Part shown: positions 53,688 to 61,758 of the stretch, one piece after another
Layout of the letters: each line of letters begins with the position of its first letter
Position numbering within the stretch: the first letter of the stretch is position 1
From: Acidobacteriota bacterium
Lineage (GTDB): Bacteria > Acidobacteriota > Vicinamibacteria > Vicinamibacterales > UBA2999
Length of the DNA: 64,000 nucleotides
Direction of reading: 5' to 3'
NCBI GenBank assembly: GCA_020851835.1
Contig: JADZBZ010000167.1
Coordinates: forward strand, 13,128-77,127
Position numbers and translations under genes: made by a program
The notes under the pieces: model-generated
Database searches by the model: none
What the model saw: the letters and a program-made list of their open reading frames with translations, nothing else
What the model was told of the DNA's origin: nothing

Positions 53688-54131
53688 TCAGGCGTGCGCC
53701 ACGCGCACCTCGACGCCCCCCGCAATGGCGCCCAGCAGGCCGCCGTAGATCAAATGTCCGACGAGCGATCCCATGGCCGCCATGGCGCCGCCCATCTGGC
53801 TGCTGAACAGGCCGGCACCCATCATCGGCATCACGACCACCTGCGCCATGAGCCAAAGCCCCACGCCCCAGATGGTGCCCTTGACCGCCGGCGAACCCGG
53901 CAGCACGCCATACAGCCCGAAGGCGAAGATCGCCGGGAAGATCAGCGAGCCGTTGACGAAGTGCATCACCATGCCGGCCGACCAACTGTTGCCCAGCATC
54001 GATCCGAGCATGGCCGCGATGTCCATGTGAAGGCCCATCATGGGGGCCACGAGGTACATCATGGCCGTCATTGCCAGCGTGCCGAGGAAGCCGCCGAGGA
54101 TCGCGCGTGAGAAGTGTGGATGTGTCTGCAT
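53688..54131 (-). CDS. small 4-TM membrane protein (paralog of 31126-31608)
   Basis: Met-rich TM protein sharing HFVNG / GHLIYGGLLG blocks with 31126-31608. Confidence 0.55.
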   Translation of the reverse strand: MQTHPHFSRAILGGFLGTLAMTAMMYLVAPMMGLHMDIAAMLGSMLGNSWSAGMVMHFVNGSLIFPAIFAFGLYGVLPGSPAVKGTIWGVGLWLMAQVVVMPMMGAGLFSSQMGGAMAAMGSLVGHLIYGGLLGAIAGGVEVRVAHA

Positions 54132-54199
54132 GGTATCTCGCTCCGGTCAGGTGTCGCCCGCGCGCCGCCGTGCGGCGTCCCACGCGCTGGCTCTACAAC

Positions 54200-54228
54200 G
54201 TGTGTGAGCGGTAGGCGGCCGGCATTAC
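54200..54228 (-). promoter_or_regulatory. ECF-type promoter candidate, class 1 (one mismatch): GTAATG-N16-CACACAC
   Basis: Minus-strand reading is ctGTAATGccggccgcctaccgctCACACACgt, about 70 nt upstream of 54131 and just downstream of the DoxX stop. Confidence 0.4.
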
Positions 54229-54239
54229 AGCGGATGCCG

Positions 54240-54707
54240 TCAGCCGCTCGTCCGAGTACGGGGTGCGGCTGACCCGCGCAGGAATCGGCGGGCGATCAGG
54301 TGATCGAGCGACACCGCGCCCGGCCCACGGATCAACAGAAACAGCAGAATCGAGGCCCACACCAAGTGCTCGTTCCAGGCGTTGGGATACACAAAGGTCT
54401 GGATTACTGCGATCATGCCGAGGAGCGGCAGCGTGGCGATTCGTGTCGCCAGGCCCACGAACAGGAAGATCGGGAACGTCAGTTCCTGCGTCATCGCGAT
54501 CCGAGCGGCGACGGCCGGATCCAGTAGTGGCACCTTGTACTCGTCGCGGAACAGGAGCAGCGTCATCTGCCAGGAGTGATACTTGATCAGGCCGGCGTTG
54601 AAGAACACCGCGCCGACGGCGATGCGCATCGACAGTTGGATGAGCGAGAGCGGAAAGCGCTCGAGCCGACGACGACCTGCCATGACGAGTCTAGCGATGG
54701 ATCTCAC
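54240..54707 (-). CDS. DoxX-family membrane protein (bufferin-cluster associated)
   Basis: RIAVGAVFFNAGLIKY...LPLLGMIAVIQ DoxX pattern. Start may be the internal ATG at 54683. Confidence 0.8.
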   Translation of the reverse strand: MRSIARLVMAGRRRLERFPLSLIQLSMRIAVGAVFFNAGLIKYHSWQMTLLLFRDEYKVPLLDPAVAARIAMTQELTFPIFLFVGLATRIATLPLLGMIAVIQTFVYPNAWNEHLVWASILLFLLIRGPGAVSLDHLIARRFLRGSAAPRTRTSG

Positions 54708-55488
54708 AAGTGTCCTCCGAAGCGGCGGTGAGGATTGACGTGACCAGGTCGTCGGTAAACAGGGCGGTGAGCGCGCGACCGGGGTCGAAGGAGTCGTCCC
54801 GATCGAGCGCGCAATCGGCAGCTTCGCCCAGTGGAATCGCCGCGTGGACGCCCTGCCGAAACAGGAACTCCGATTCGGACAGACGCGCGAAGTCGAACTG
54901 TCCGCGCGCGCCCCGCACCTGCAGCCAGATGTGCTCCGGCTCGAGCACCAGGTGCTCCGGCGCGGTGTCGGTCAGATACAGCCGCATCAGGTTGTCGATC
55001 GGCCACGCCGCCTTGAGATAGTCCAGGCCTGGTTGGAGTCGGAGCCGGACTGCCGTCATCGCGTCCGCCTCCAGCGCGGCGAAGACATCGAACGTCACAG
55101 CCGGCGTCTCGACCTCGATGCTGACCTTCCCCAACTGCCAGTCCAGCGCAGCGAAGTCACCGGCGTACGGCACGTGCGCCAGCTCCGACCAGCCGGAAAG
55201 CCAGGGAGGAAACGTCTCGCCGTACTCTGCCAGGCATGGCGCCGTTGGAGGGCATGCCTTGATGAAGATGCGGGCCGCCTCGATGAGCAAAGGCGAGCCC
55301 AGCAGCCAAGCCGTAGCCGGAAAGCGCCGGAGCAGTCCCTTGACCAGACTGGTCTCGTAGTGGCGATGATGGATCGCGAGCCGTCGCCAGCCATCTCCTT
55401 GGCCAGCCACCAGAGACACGTTCTCGAGGGCGTCGCGGCCGAGGACGATGGCGTCGCGCACGCGTTGCTGCAGCTCAGCGAGCGACAT
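54691..55488 (-). CDS. bufC: DUF2063 protein (BufC-type partner of the DUF692 enzyme)
   Basis: LAELQQRVRDAIV...LAIHHRHYETSLVKGLLRRFPATAWLLG, the DUF2063 N-terminal pattern. It overlaps the DUF692 gene 3' end. Confidence 0.75.
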   Translation of the reverse strand: MSLAELQQRVRDAIVLGRDALENVSLVAGQGDGWRRLAIHHRHYETSLVKGLLRRFPATAWLLGSPLLIEAARIFIKACPPTAPCLAEYGETFPPWLSGWSELAHVPYAGDFAALDWQLGKVSIEVETPAVTFDVFAALEADAMTAVRLRLQPGLDYLKAAWPIDNLMRLYLTDTAPEHLVLEPEHIWLQVRGARGQFDFARLSESEFLFRQGVHAAIPLGEAADCALDRDDSFDPGRALTALFTDDLVTSILTAASEDTCEIHR

Positions 55489-56341
55489 GGGGTGCCCCTT
55501 GGGCCGCCTGTCGGGCCAACACGCTCGCCAGGGTGGCCTCGTCAAGCAGATCGGCGAAGCTGGGCAGGTCGTCGTCCCACTCGATCAGCGTGGGCTTGGG
55601 ACCAAAGCGCCGCAGCGCGTAGGTGTAGAGACGCCACGCCTCGTCGGCAATGGCCGTGTCGTGGGTATCGACCAACACGCGGGTTCCAGCGTCAGGATCG
55701 TCTTCGCTCTGAAATCCGCCCAAGTGCAGTTCCCCGATGGCCTCCGCCGGCAGGCCGTCTAGGTAGGCCCGGGCGTCGTACCCGAGGTTCTCGGAGCTGA
55801 CGTAGACGTTGCTCACGTCGCACAGCAGCCGGCAGCCCGTCCGCCGGACCAGCTCGCCCAGGAACTCGACCTCGGTCATGGTGGATGTGCCGAACCCGAA
55901 ATAGCTCGACGGGTTCTCGACCAGAAAAGGCCGGCCGAGGCCGTCCTGGACTTGGTGCAAGTGCATCGCTAGGAGGTCCAGCGTTTCGTCGTCGTACGGC
56001 AACGGCAGGAGGTCGTTGAGGTACTCGCCTCTGTGGGTCGACCAGGCGAGATGCCCCGAGACGAGCACCGGATTCACGAGATCGATGAGTTCCCGGATTC
56101 GGGCGACGTGCGCCCAGTCCACGCCGCTGGCGCTGCCGATCGACACGCCGACGGTGTGAACGGAAATCGGATAGTCCCCGGCGAGCTGCAGCAGCAACTC
56201 GAAGGCGTGTGGATTCGCCAGGAAGTTTTCCGGATGGATTTCCAGCCAGCCGGCTGGCGGGCGGGTGGCCACCACTTCCGAGAGATGCGGAAGCCGTAGT
56301 CCGACTCCTGCGCGTGAGAGCATCTGGTGAGTTCGGGACAT
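55475..56341 (-). CDS. bufB: DUF692 / MNIO-family multinuclear non-heme iron oxidase (BufB-type)
   Basis: GVGLRLPHLSEVV...WLEIHPENF...VSGHLAW...FLVENPSSY...IGELHLGG, the DUF692 TIM-barrel blocks. Start at MSRTHQ. Confidence 0.85.
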   Translation of the reverse strand: MSRTHQMLSRAGVGLRLPHLSEVVATRPPAGWLEIHPENFLANPHAFELLLQLAGDYPISVHTVGVSIGSASGVDWAHVARIRELIDLVNPVLVSGHLAWSTHRGEYLNDLLPLPYDDETLDLLAMHLHQVQDGLGRPFLVENPSSYFGFGTSTMTEVEFLGELVRRTGCRLLCDVSNVYVSSENLGYDARAYLDGLPAEAIGELHLGGFQSEDDPDAGTRVLVDTHDTAIADEAWRLYTYALRRFGPKPTLIEWDDDLPSFADLLDEATLASVLARQAAQGAPHVAR

Positions 56342-56375
56342 GGTGGCCACCCTTTCGACGGAGGAACGCCGCGTC

Positions 56376-56642
56376 TTACTTGGGGCTCGTGCTGCCGCCG
56401 ACGATCCGAGTGCAGTAGCCCGCCGGAACGTAAATCCAGGCTTTCGGATCGCTGTTCCTCTTCGATGTGCCGCCGCACGAGTTGTTGCCCTCCGAGGCGC
56501 AGTCGTTCTGGCCGGCCTTGGCGATGCCGTAACACTTCTCGGCCTTGAAGCTCGGCATCTCCGCCGGCTTTTGCGCCCACAGGATGCTCGGCGCGGCCGC
56601 GGCCGCAGCGAACGCCGACGCGATGACAAAACGCTTGTTCAT
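56376..56642 (-). CDS. bufA: DUF2282 bufferin-type RiPP precursor (BufA1-like)
   Basis: 88 aa. Sec signal MNKRFVIASAFAAAAAAPSILWA, then a core with four Cys: EKCYGIAKAGQNDCASEGNNSCGGTS...YVPAGYCTRI. Confidence 0.85.
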   Translation of the reverse strand: MNKRFVIASAFAAAAAAPSILWAQKPAEMPSFKAEKCYGIAKAGQNDCASEGNNSCGGTSKRNSDPKAWIYVPAGYCTRIVGGSTSPK

Positions 56643-56702
56643 ACGTGCCTCCCCATTTGGCCGGCGATCCGGGCTTATCCCGAAGAACTCGGCCACATCC
56701 GT

Positions 56703-56731
56703 GTGAGTGCAGGCCGCGGGGCGGACATTAC
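56703..56731 (-). promoter_or_regulatory. ECF-type promoter candidate, class 1: GTAATG-N16-CACTCAC
   Basis: Minus-strand reading is ctGTAATGtccgccccgcggcctgCACTCACac, about 60 nt upstream of bufA. Confidence 0.6.
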
Positions 56732-56752
56732 AGGCCCGGGAGGACCACGGCT

Positions 56753-56781
56753 GTAAGGTTTGCCGGTCAACCGGCACTCAC
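56753..56781 (+). promoter_or_regulatory. ECF-type promoter candidate, class 1: GTAAGG-N16-CACTCAC
   Basis: Read directly: ctGTAAGGtttgccggtcaaccggCACTCACta, about 85 nt upstream of trx-sigma2. It is back-to-back with the bufA promoter, 21 bp between the -35 elements. Confidence 0.6.
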
Positions 56782-56867
56782 TAGCTGTGGCCAACGCGGG
56801 CCGGCGGCCGAACGGAACGAACCCGTGGGCGGCCCGCGCGAGCTTAAAGGACATCAGGAGAGGTGTG

Positions 56868-57242
56868 ATGCAGTCTTCTTCCTCCGTGGCCGCAGCCGCG
56901 GCCGAGACGTTTGATGACGTGGTCCTGGGCGGCGACCGGCCTGTTGTCGTAGACTTCTGGGCGCCTTGGTGCGGCCCGTGCCGGCGCTTCGCGCCGATCT
57001 TTGAGGCCCTGGCTGCGGAATTGCGCGATCGCCTCGACTTCGTCAGCGTCAACGTGGAGGCAGAGCCCGCTCTTGGCGACCGGCTGCAGATCTTCAGTAT
57101 TCCGACCCTGAAACTCTTTCGCGCGGGGCGCGAGGTCGCGAGCCAGGTCGGCGCGGGCACGAAGGATCAGACGAGAGCGACCCTCGAGCAGTGGCTCGCT
57201 GCGCGGCCCCAGGACGAGCCCGCGCCAGTCAGCCGGCCCTGA
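56868..57242 (+). CDS. trxA: thioredoxin (WCGPC)
   Basis: [18 protein letters not shown]...IPTLKLF. ATG after AGGAGAGG. Confidence 0.85.
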   Translation: MQSSSSVAAAAAETFDDVVLGGDRPVVVDFWAPWCGPCRRFAPIFEALAAELRDRLDFVSVNVEAEPALGDRLQIFSIPTLKLFRAGREVASQVGAGTKDQTRATLEQWLAARPQDEPAPVSRP

Positions 57243-57310
57243 TGTGGTCGGTCGGAACGCCGCTCTTGCCCACGACAGTTCGATCGGCGGCCGAGCTTCC
57301 TCTCTATGAT

Positions 57311-57889
57311 ATGGGTGTGACGGATCCGCTGGCTCGGCTGCGGCGCCGCGAACCGGCGACGCTCCACGAGATCGTGCATCAGAACACGCGGCGTTTGTTC
57401 CGGGCGGCCCAAGGCATGGGCTTCTCCTCGGCCGAGGCGGACGATCTCGTCCAGGATGTCTTCGTGACGTTCCTGGAGACGCTCGATCGCTTCGAGGGCC
57501 GATCGCAGGTCAGTACGTGGCTGTTCGGTATCCTGCACCACAAGGTACAGGAGCGGCGCCGGTCGCGGGCGCGCGACGACCTGCACGATCCGGTCGACGA
57601 GCTCTTTGAGTCGAAATTCGACGCGAAGGGGAAGTGGATCGCGCCCCTGCCGTCGCCGGACCGTGTGGCCTCCTCGGCACAGGCGGCCGGCGCGATCGCG
57701 GACTGCCTCCAGGGTTTGCCGCCCCTGCACCGTGAGGTGTTCCACCTCCGTGAAGTTGAGGAACTGTCCGCGGCGGACGTCAGTAATATCATCGGCCGCA
57801 CCGTCACTCACGTAGGAGTGCTGTTCCATCGCGCGCGCCTTCGACTGCGCGAGTGCCTGGACGGCAAAGGCTGGAGTCCACCGCGATGA
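57311..57889 (+). CDS. ECF (group 4) sigma-70 factor 2
   Basis: Region 2 ADDLVQDVFVTFLETLDRFEGRSQVSTWLFGILHHKV and region 4 LPPLHREVFHLREVEELSAADVSNIIGRTVTHVGVLFHRAR. The linker architecture is like sigma 1. Confidence 0.85.
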   Translation: MGVTDPLARLRRREPATLHEIVHQNTRRLFRAAQGMGFSSAEADDLVQDVFVTFLETLDRFEGRSQVSTWLFGILHHKVQERRRSRARDDLHDPVDELFESKFDAKGKWIAPLPSPDRVASSAQAAGAIADCLQGLPPLHREVFHLREVEELSAADVSNIIGRTVTHVGVLFHRARLRLRECLDGKGWSPPR

Positions 57890-58125
57890 TGTCGTGTAAA
57901 CAGGTGTCCACGCTGATGTCCACGGGAGGGCTCGCCGACGCGCCGCTCAGGCAGCGCCTCGCCGTGCGTCTGCACCTGATGATGTGCGACAAGTGTTCGA
58001 CGTTCAAACGCTGGCTGGAACTGATGGGCGTGGCCGCGCGCGCGGAGAGCCACGCCCACGAAGACGAGGCGCCCGCGGACCTCGAAGCGCGCACGCTGCG
58101 GCGCCTCGAGCGGTCGCAGCTGTAA
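57886..58125 (+). CDS. soluble ZAS (zf-HC2) anti-sigma factor 2
   Basis: MMSCKQVSTLMSTGGLADAPLRQRLAVRLHLMMCDKC has the N-terminal Cys plus H-x3-C-x2-C. 79 aa, no TM segment, ATGA overlap with the sigma 2 stop. Confidence 0.7.
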   Translation: MMSCKQVSTLMSTGGLADAPLRQRLAVRLHLMMCDKCSTFKRWLELMGVAARAESHAHEDEAPADLEARTLRRLERSQL

Positions 58126-58140
58126 CGAGGTGTGCGGCGT

Positions 58141-58557
58141 ATGGGCCAGATTGACAAGGACCTCGGAACGCCACACGATAGGTCGGTGCGGTTGCAGCAC
58201 ACGATCGCGGCCCTCTTCCTAATCGCTGGCCTCGTCACCTCGAGCCTGGCGACGTGCGTCGCTGGGTCGATGGATTTGCCAGCGGCGCAGATGGCCTGCT
58301 GTCGCGCCGGCCACATGATGTGCGGCGAGAACGGGACCGCCGCGGATTGCTGCAAGAGCAGCCCACGCGTGGAGATGCCGTTCACGACCGTTGCGAAGGT
58401 CGTCTTGCACCAGCCGTGGCGTGCCTCGTCGGACGCACTGATTCCATTCGCCTCAATCGCCGCGCGTCCGGTCAGCCCCCTGGGCCGGCTCGACGGTCCG
58501 TCGCCGCCAAGTGTGCGGCGGTCCACTTACCTCCTGCTCTCCGTTCTTCGCGTCTAG
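58141..58557 (+). CDS. membrane-anchored Cys/Met/His-rich protein, unassigned
   Basis: ATG 58141 after GAGGTG. One TM (IAALFLIAGLVTSSLATCVAG), then AAQMACCRAGHMMCGENGTAADCCKSS. Lies between the anti-sigma 2 gene and the cusCBA-like genes. Confidence 0.5.
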   Translation: MGQIDKDLGTPHDRSVRLQHTIAALFLIAGLVTSSLATCVAGSMDLPAAQMACCRAGHMMCGENGTAADCCKSSPRVEMPFTTVAKVVLHQPWRASSDALIPFASIAARPVSPLGRLDGPSPPSVRRSTYLLLSVLRV

Positions 58558-58739
58558 ATCCCACCCGATTCGAGCGCGCGACCTCGGTGCACCGCCACGC
58601 ACGACCGTGTCGGTGTTGCCCGCGGCTGCGTAAGCGATCGGCCGCGCCGAGCGACCCCGCGGTGACCACCCGCGCGGTCCATCTGCCACGGCCATGTTCC
58701 CCGGACCTCGGGGGCGCGACAACAGCGGAGGAAACAGGA

Positions 58740-60110
58740 ATGACGTGCAGAAGAATCCGGTGTCTCTTCACGATCGACCAGGGGCTGCGACCTCCGCGAG
58801 GGTGGCGGAGGCGCGCCGCGACTGCCGCGACGGCGGCGGTTCTCGCAGTCGCGATGGCTCACGGGCTGACGGTCGAGGCAGCCCCCGGACAGAGTCCGCC
58901 GCGCGTCGAACAGGCGAACCCTGCGGTGGCATCGACGCCGCTCTCAACGCTGGTGGACGAGCTCATGCGCCAGAATCCGGACGTCCTGGCCGCCCGGAGC
59001 GCCGCGACCGCGGCGTCCTACGTGGCGCCGCAGGTATCGAGCCTGCCGGACCCGCGCGTGACGGTTCAGCAGATGAACGTCGGCAACCCGCTGCCCTTCG
59101 CGGGATATACCAGCAATAACTTCGCGTACCTCGCGGTGGGCATCTCCCAGGCGCTGCCGTATCCCGGCAAGCGCGCGCTGCGGGCGGACGTGGCGCGGGG
59201 CGACGCGGACGTTGCGACGGCGCGCATCGACGTCGTGTCGCGCGATCAGATCGAAGAGTTGAAGAAGACGTACGCGCGCCTGGCGTATTCACAGGCCGCC
59301 CTCGCCAACCTCGAACGCGACAATGCCCTCCTCCAGCAAGTGGAGCAGCAGGCGCACGCGCGGTACGCGAGCGGTCAGGGCAATCAGCAGGACGTCCTGC
59401 GCGCCCAACTGGAACGCACGACGATCCTGCGTGAGATGTCCTTGAACCGGCAGGCCAGCGGCGAAGCGCAGGCCGAGGTGAAGCGCCTCGTCCGGCGCGC
59501 GCAGGACTCGCCGGACATCGTGACCGAGGCGCTGGCGGCCACCTTCCTGCGGCAGACGCGCGCCGAACTGCTCGACGCGGTCCGCGCCGGGAACCCGGAC
59601 GTCCGCGAACAGTCGGCGGCCGTGACGCGCAATCAGACCGCCGTCGCACTGGCCGAGAAGGAGTTCCGCCCGGATTTTGGCGTCGCGTTCATGTATCAGA
59701 ACACGGGGCCGGCGTTTCCCGACTACTACATGGCCACGTTCGACGTCACGTTCCACCGCCACGCGCCCCGCGACGCCGCGCTGGCCCAGGCGCGTGTGAA
59801 CGTCGACCGCGCGGATCAGCAGCGGGATGCCGCGCTGCAGACCGCACTTGCGGACGCGCAGCGGCAGTACGTCATCGCGAAGACCGCGGAAGAACAGCTC
59901 CTGATCTACCGCGACGGACTGATCCCGCAGGCGCAGGCGACCATCCAGGCGGGACTCGCCGCGTATCAGGCGAACCGTGAAGACTTCCAGACGCTCCTCG
60001 CGTCGTTCGTGGACGTCCTGACCCTTGACCTGCAATACCAACAGACGCTGCTCGATCACGAAACGGCGCTGGCGCGCCTCGAACGACTCACAGGAGTGGC
60101 CCTGCGATGA
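58740..60110 (+). CDS. cusC: TolC-family outer membrane efflux protein
   Basis: ATG after GGAGGAAACAGGA. Signal-like N-terminus and two OEP repeats (LSTLVDELMRQNPDVLAA ... LLDAVRAGNPDV). Confidence 0.8.
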   Translation: MTCRRIRCLFTIDQGLRPPRGWRRRAATAATAAVLAVAMAHGLTVEAAPGQSPPRVEQANPAVASTPLSTLVDELMRQNPDVLAARSAATAASYVAPQVSSLPDPRVTVQQMNVGNPLPFAGYTSNNFAYLAVGISQALPYPGKRALRADVARGDADVATARIDVVSRDQIEELKKTYARLAYSQAALANLERDNALLQQVEQQAHARYASGQGNQQDVLRAQLERTTILREMSLNRQASGEAQAEVKRLVRRAQDSPDIVTEALAATFLRQTRAELLDAVRAGNPDVREQSAAVTRNQTAVALAEKEFRPDFGVAFMYQNTGPAFPDYYMATFDVTFHRHAPRDAALAQARVNVDRADQQRDAALQTALADAQRQYVIAKTAEEQLLIYRDGLIPQAQATIQAGLAAYQANREDFQTLLASFVDVLTLDLQYQQTLLDHETALARLERLTGVALR

Positions 60111-61756
60111 GTGCCGCCGACACGAACCACCCCACCTCCACGCAACACCCCTCCGATGGGCCGGCGACCGGCCAGTGGCATCGGCGCGCGTTCGCGATTG
60201 CGCTCGCGGGCTTCGTCGTCATGGCGGTCGTCGCCGCCGGCCTCGCGTGGCGGCTGTACACCAGCGGCGCTACGAGGCAGACTGCGGCGGACACGCCGCC
60301 GGCGGCCACCGTGGCCGACGCTGGTGCGTCACCGGAATCCACGATCGGCGCAACCGGACCAGGGCCGGCGTCGCAGCCGGCGCTGCAGCCGATTCAACTG
60401 TCGCCGCAGCGGCTGATGAGCATCGGCGTGCAGACCGGGGAGGTCGTCGTCAAGCCGGTCTCGCGGGAGATTCGGTCAGTGGGCAACGTCGTCGTCGACG
60501 AACGGCGGCTCTCGACCGTGCAGGTGCGGTTCGCGGGCTGGATCCATCAGGTGTACGTGGACGCGACCTACGACTACGTGAAACAGGGGCAACCGCTGTT
60601 CACGATCTACAGCCCGGACCTCGTGACCACGGAGCGCGAATATCTCGTCGCGAAGAAGAACCGCGACGCCGTGGCGTCGAGCGCGGTGCCCGGCGTCGCC
60701 GAAGGCGCCCAGGCCATCCTCGATGCCTCGGTGGCGCGACTGCGACAATGGAATCTGCCGCCGCGAGAGATCGAGCGCCTGCAATCGACCGGTGAAGTCC
60801 GCGCCGACCTCGAGATCGACGCACCCGCGACCGGGTACGTCACCGAGCGTCACGCGCTGCCGAACATGTACGTCCAGCCCCAGACGCCGCTGTATACCGT
60901 GGCTGACCTGTCGTCCGTCTGGGTCGTCGGCGAGTTCTTTCAGAGCGACATCGGGCAGTTCATGCGCGGCCAGCCCGCCACGATCACGACCGACGCGTAT
61001 CCCGGGCACGATTTTCGCGGCCGCGTCGACCAGGTGTACCCGCAAATCGACATGACGACCCGGACAGGCAAGGTTCGCTTCGTGTTTCCGAACGCGGATC
61101 TGAAGCTGACGCCGGGCATGTTCGTGACGGTGATGGCGAGCATTCCGATCGGCCGCGAACCCGTCGTGGCCGCGTCCGCGGTGCTGCACTCGGGCGCGCG
61201 GGACATCGCCTTCATCGATCACGGCGGGGGCTACCTCGAGCCCCGCGAGGTCGAGGTTGGACCACGCGTGGGTGATGAGGTCGTCGTGCGCAAGGGGCTG
61301 CGGGCGGGCGAACGGGTGGTGACGTCCGCCAACTTCCTGGTCGACTCGGAGAGCCAGCTGCAGGCCGCCCTCGGATCGTTTGCCCCGCCACCGCCTGGCG
61401 CCGGCGCGGCGGCGGCGATGAACGCTCCAGCGGCCGCCGCGACGCTGACGCTCACGACTGATCCCTCGCCTCCGCGGAAGGGCATGAACGCCCTTCGCGT
61501 GCAGGTCAAGGATGGGTCGGGCGCGCCGCTTGCGGGCGCCCAAGTCAGCGTGACGTTCTTCATGCCGGCGATGCCCGCGATGGGGATGGCGGCCATGCGC
61601 GCCGCCGCCGATCTGACCGAGCGCGGCGCGGGGACCTATGTCGGACAGCTCACGCTGGCGTCGGGCGGCACGTGGCAGGTCACCGTCGTCGCGCAGGAGG
61701 ACGGCCGCCCGGTGGCGCGGCAGCAGCTCTCGCTCACGGCCACGGGAGGGATGTAG
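60107..61756 (+). CDS. cusB: RND periplasmic adaptor (CusB-type) with C-terminal YtkA/FixH-like Met-rich domain
   Basis: HlyD-type barrel/lipoyl blocks (VQVRFAGWIHQVYVD...GQPLFTIYSPDL...). Extra ~110-aa C-terminal domain with FFMPAMPAMGMAAM. ATGA overlap with the OMF gene. Confidence 0.8.
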   Translation: MSAADTNHPTSTQHPSDGPATGQWHRRAFAIALAGFVVMAVVAAGLAWRLYTSGATRQTAADTPPAATVADAGASPESTIGATGPGPASQPALQPIQLSPQRLMSIGVQTGEVVVKPVSREIRSVGNVVVDERRLSTVQVRFAGWIHQVYVDATYDYVKQGQPLFTIYSPDLVTTEREYLVAKKNRDAVASSAVPGVAEGAQAILDASVARLRQWNLPPREIERLQSTGEVRADLEIDAPATGYVTERHALPNMYVQPQTPLYTVADLSSVWVVGEFFQSDIGQFMRGQPATITTDAYPGHDFRGRVDQVYPQIDMTTRTGKVRFVFPNADLKLTPGMFVTVMASIPIGREPVVAASAVLHSGARDIAFIDHGGGYLEPREVEVGPRVGDEVVVRKGLRAGERVVTSANFLVDSESQLQAALGSFAPPPPGAGAAAAMNAPAAAATLTLTTDPSPPRKGMNALRVQVKDGSGAPLAGAQVSVTFFMPAMPAMGMAAMRAAADLTERGAGTYVGQLTLASGGTWQVTVVAQEDGRPVARQQLSLTATGGM

Positions 61757-61758
61757 CC

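Noticed and set aside
56760-57242. 160-aa version of the thioredoxin ORF and 232-aa version of sigma 2 (57191)
   Set aside because: The N-terminal extensions lack homology and would run through the promoter elements. The internal ATGs (56868 after AGGAGAGG; 57311) give canonical-length proteins.
58630-58656. GTAAGC-N17-GACC upstream of the tolC-like gene
   Set aside because: It has both a non-canonical spacer and a weak -10. It is indistinguishable from chance on its own and is left out of the motif count.
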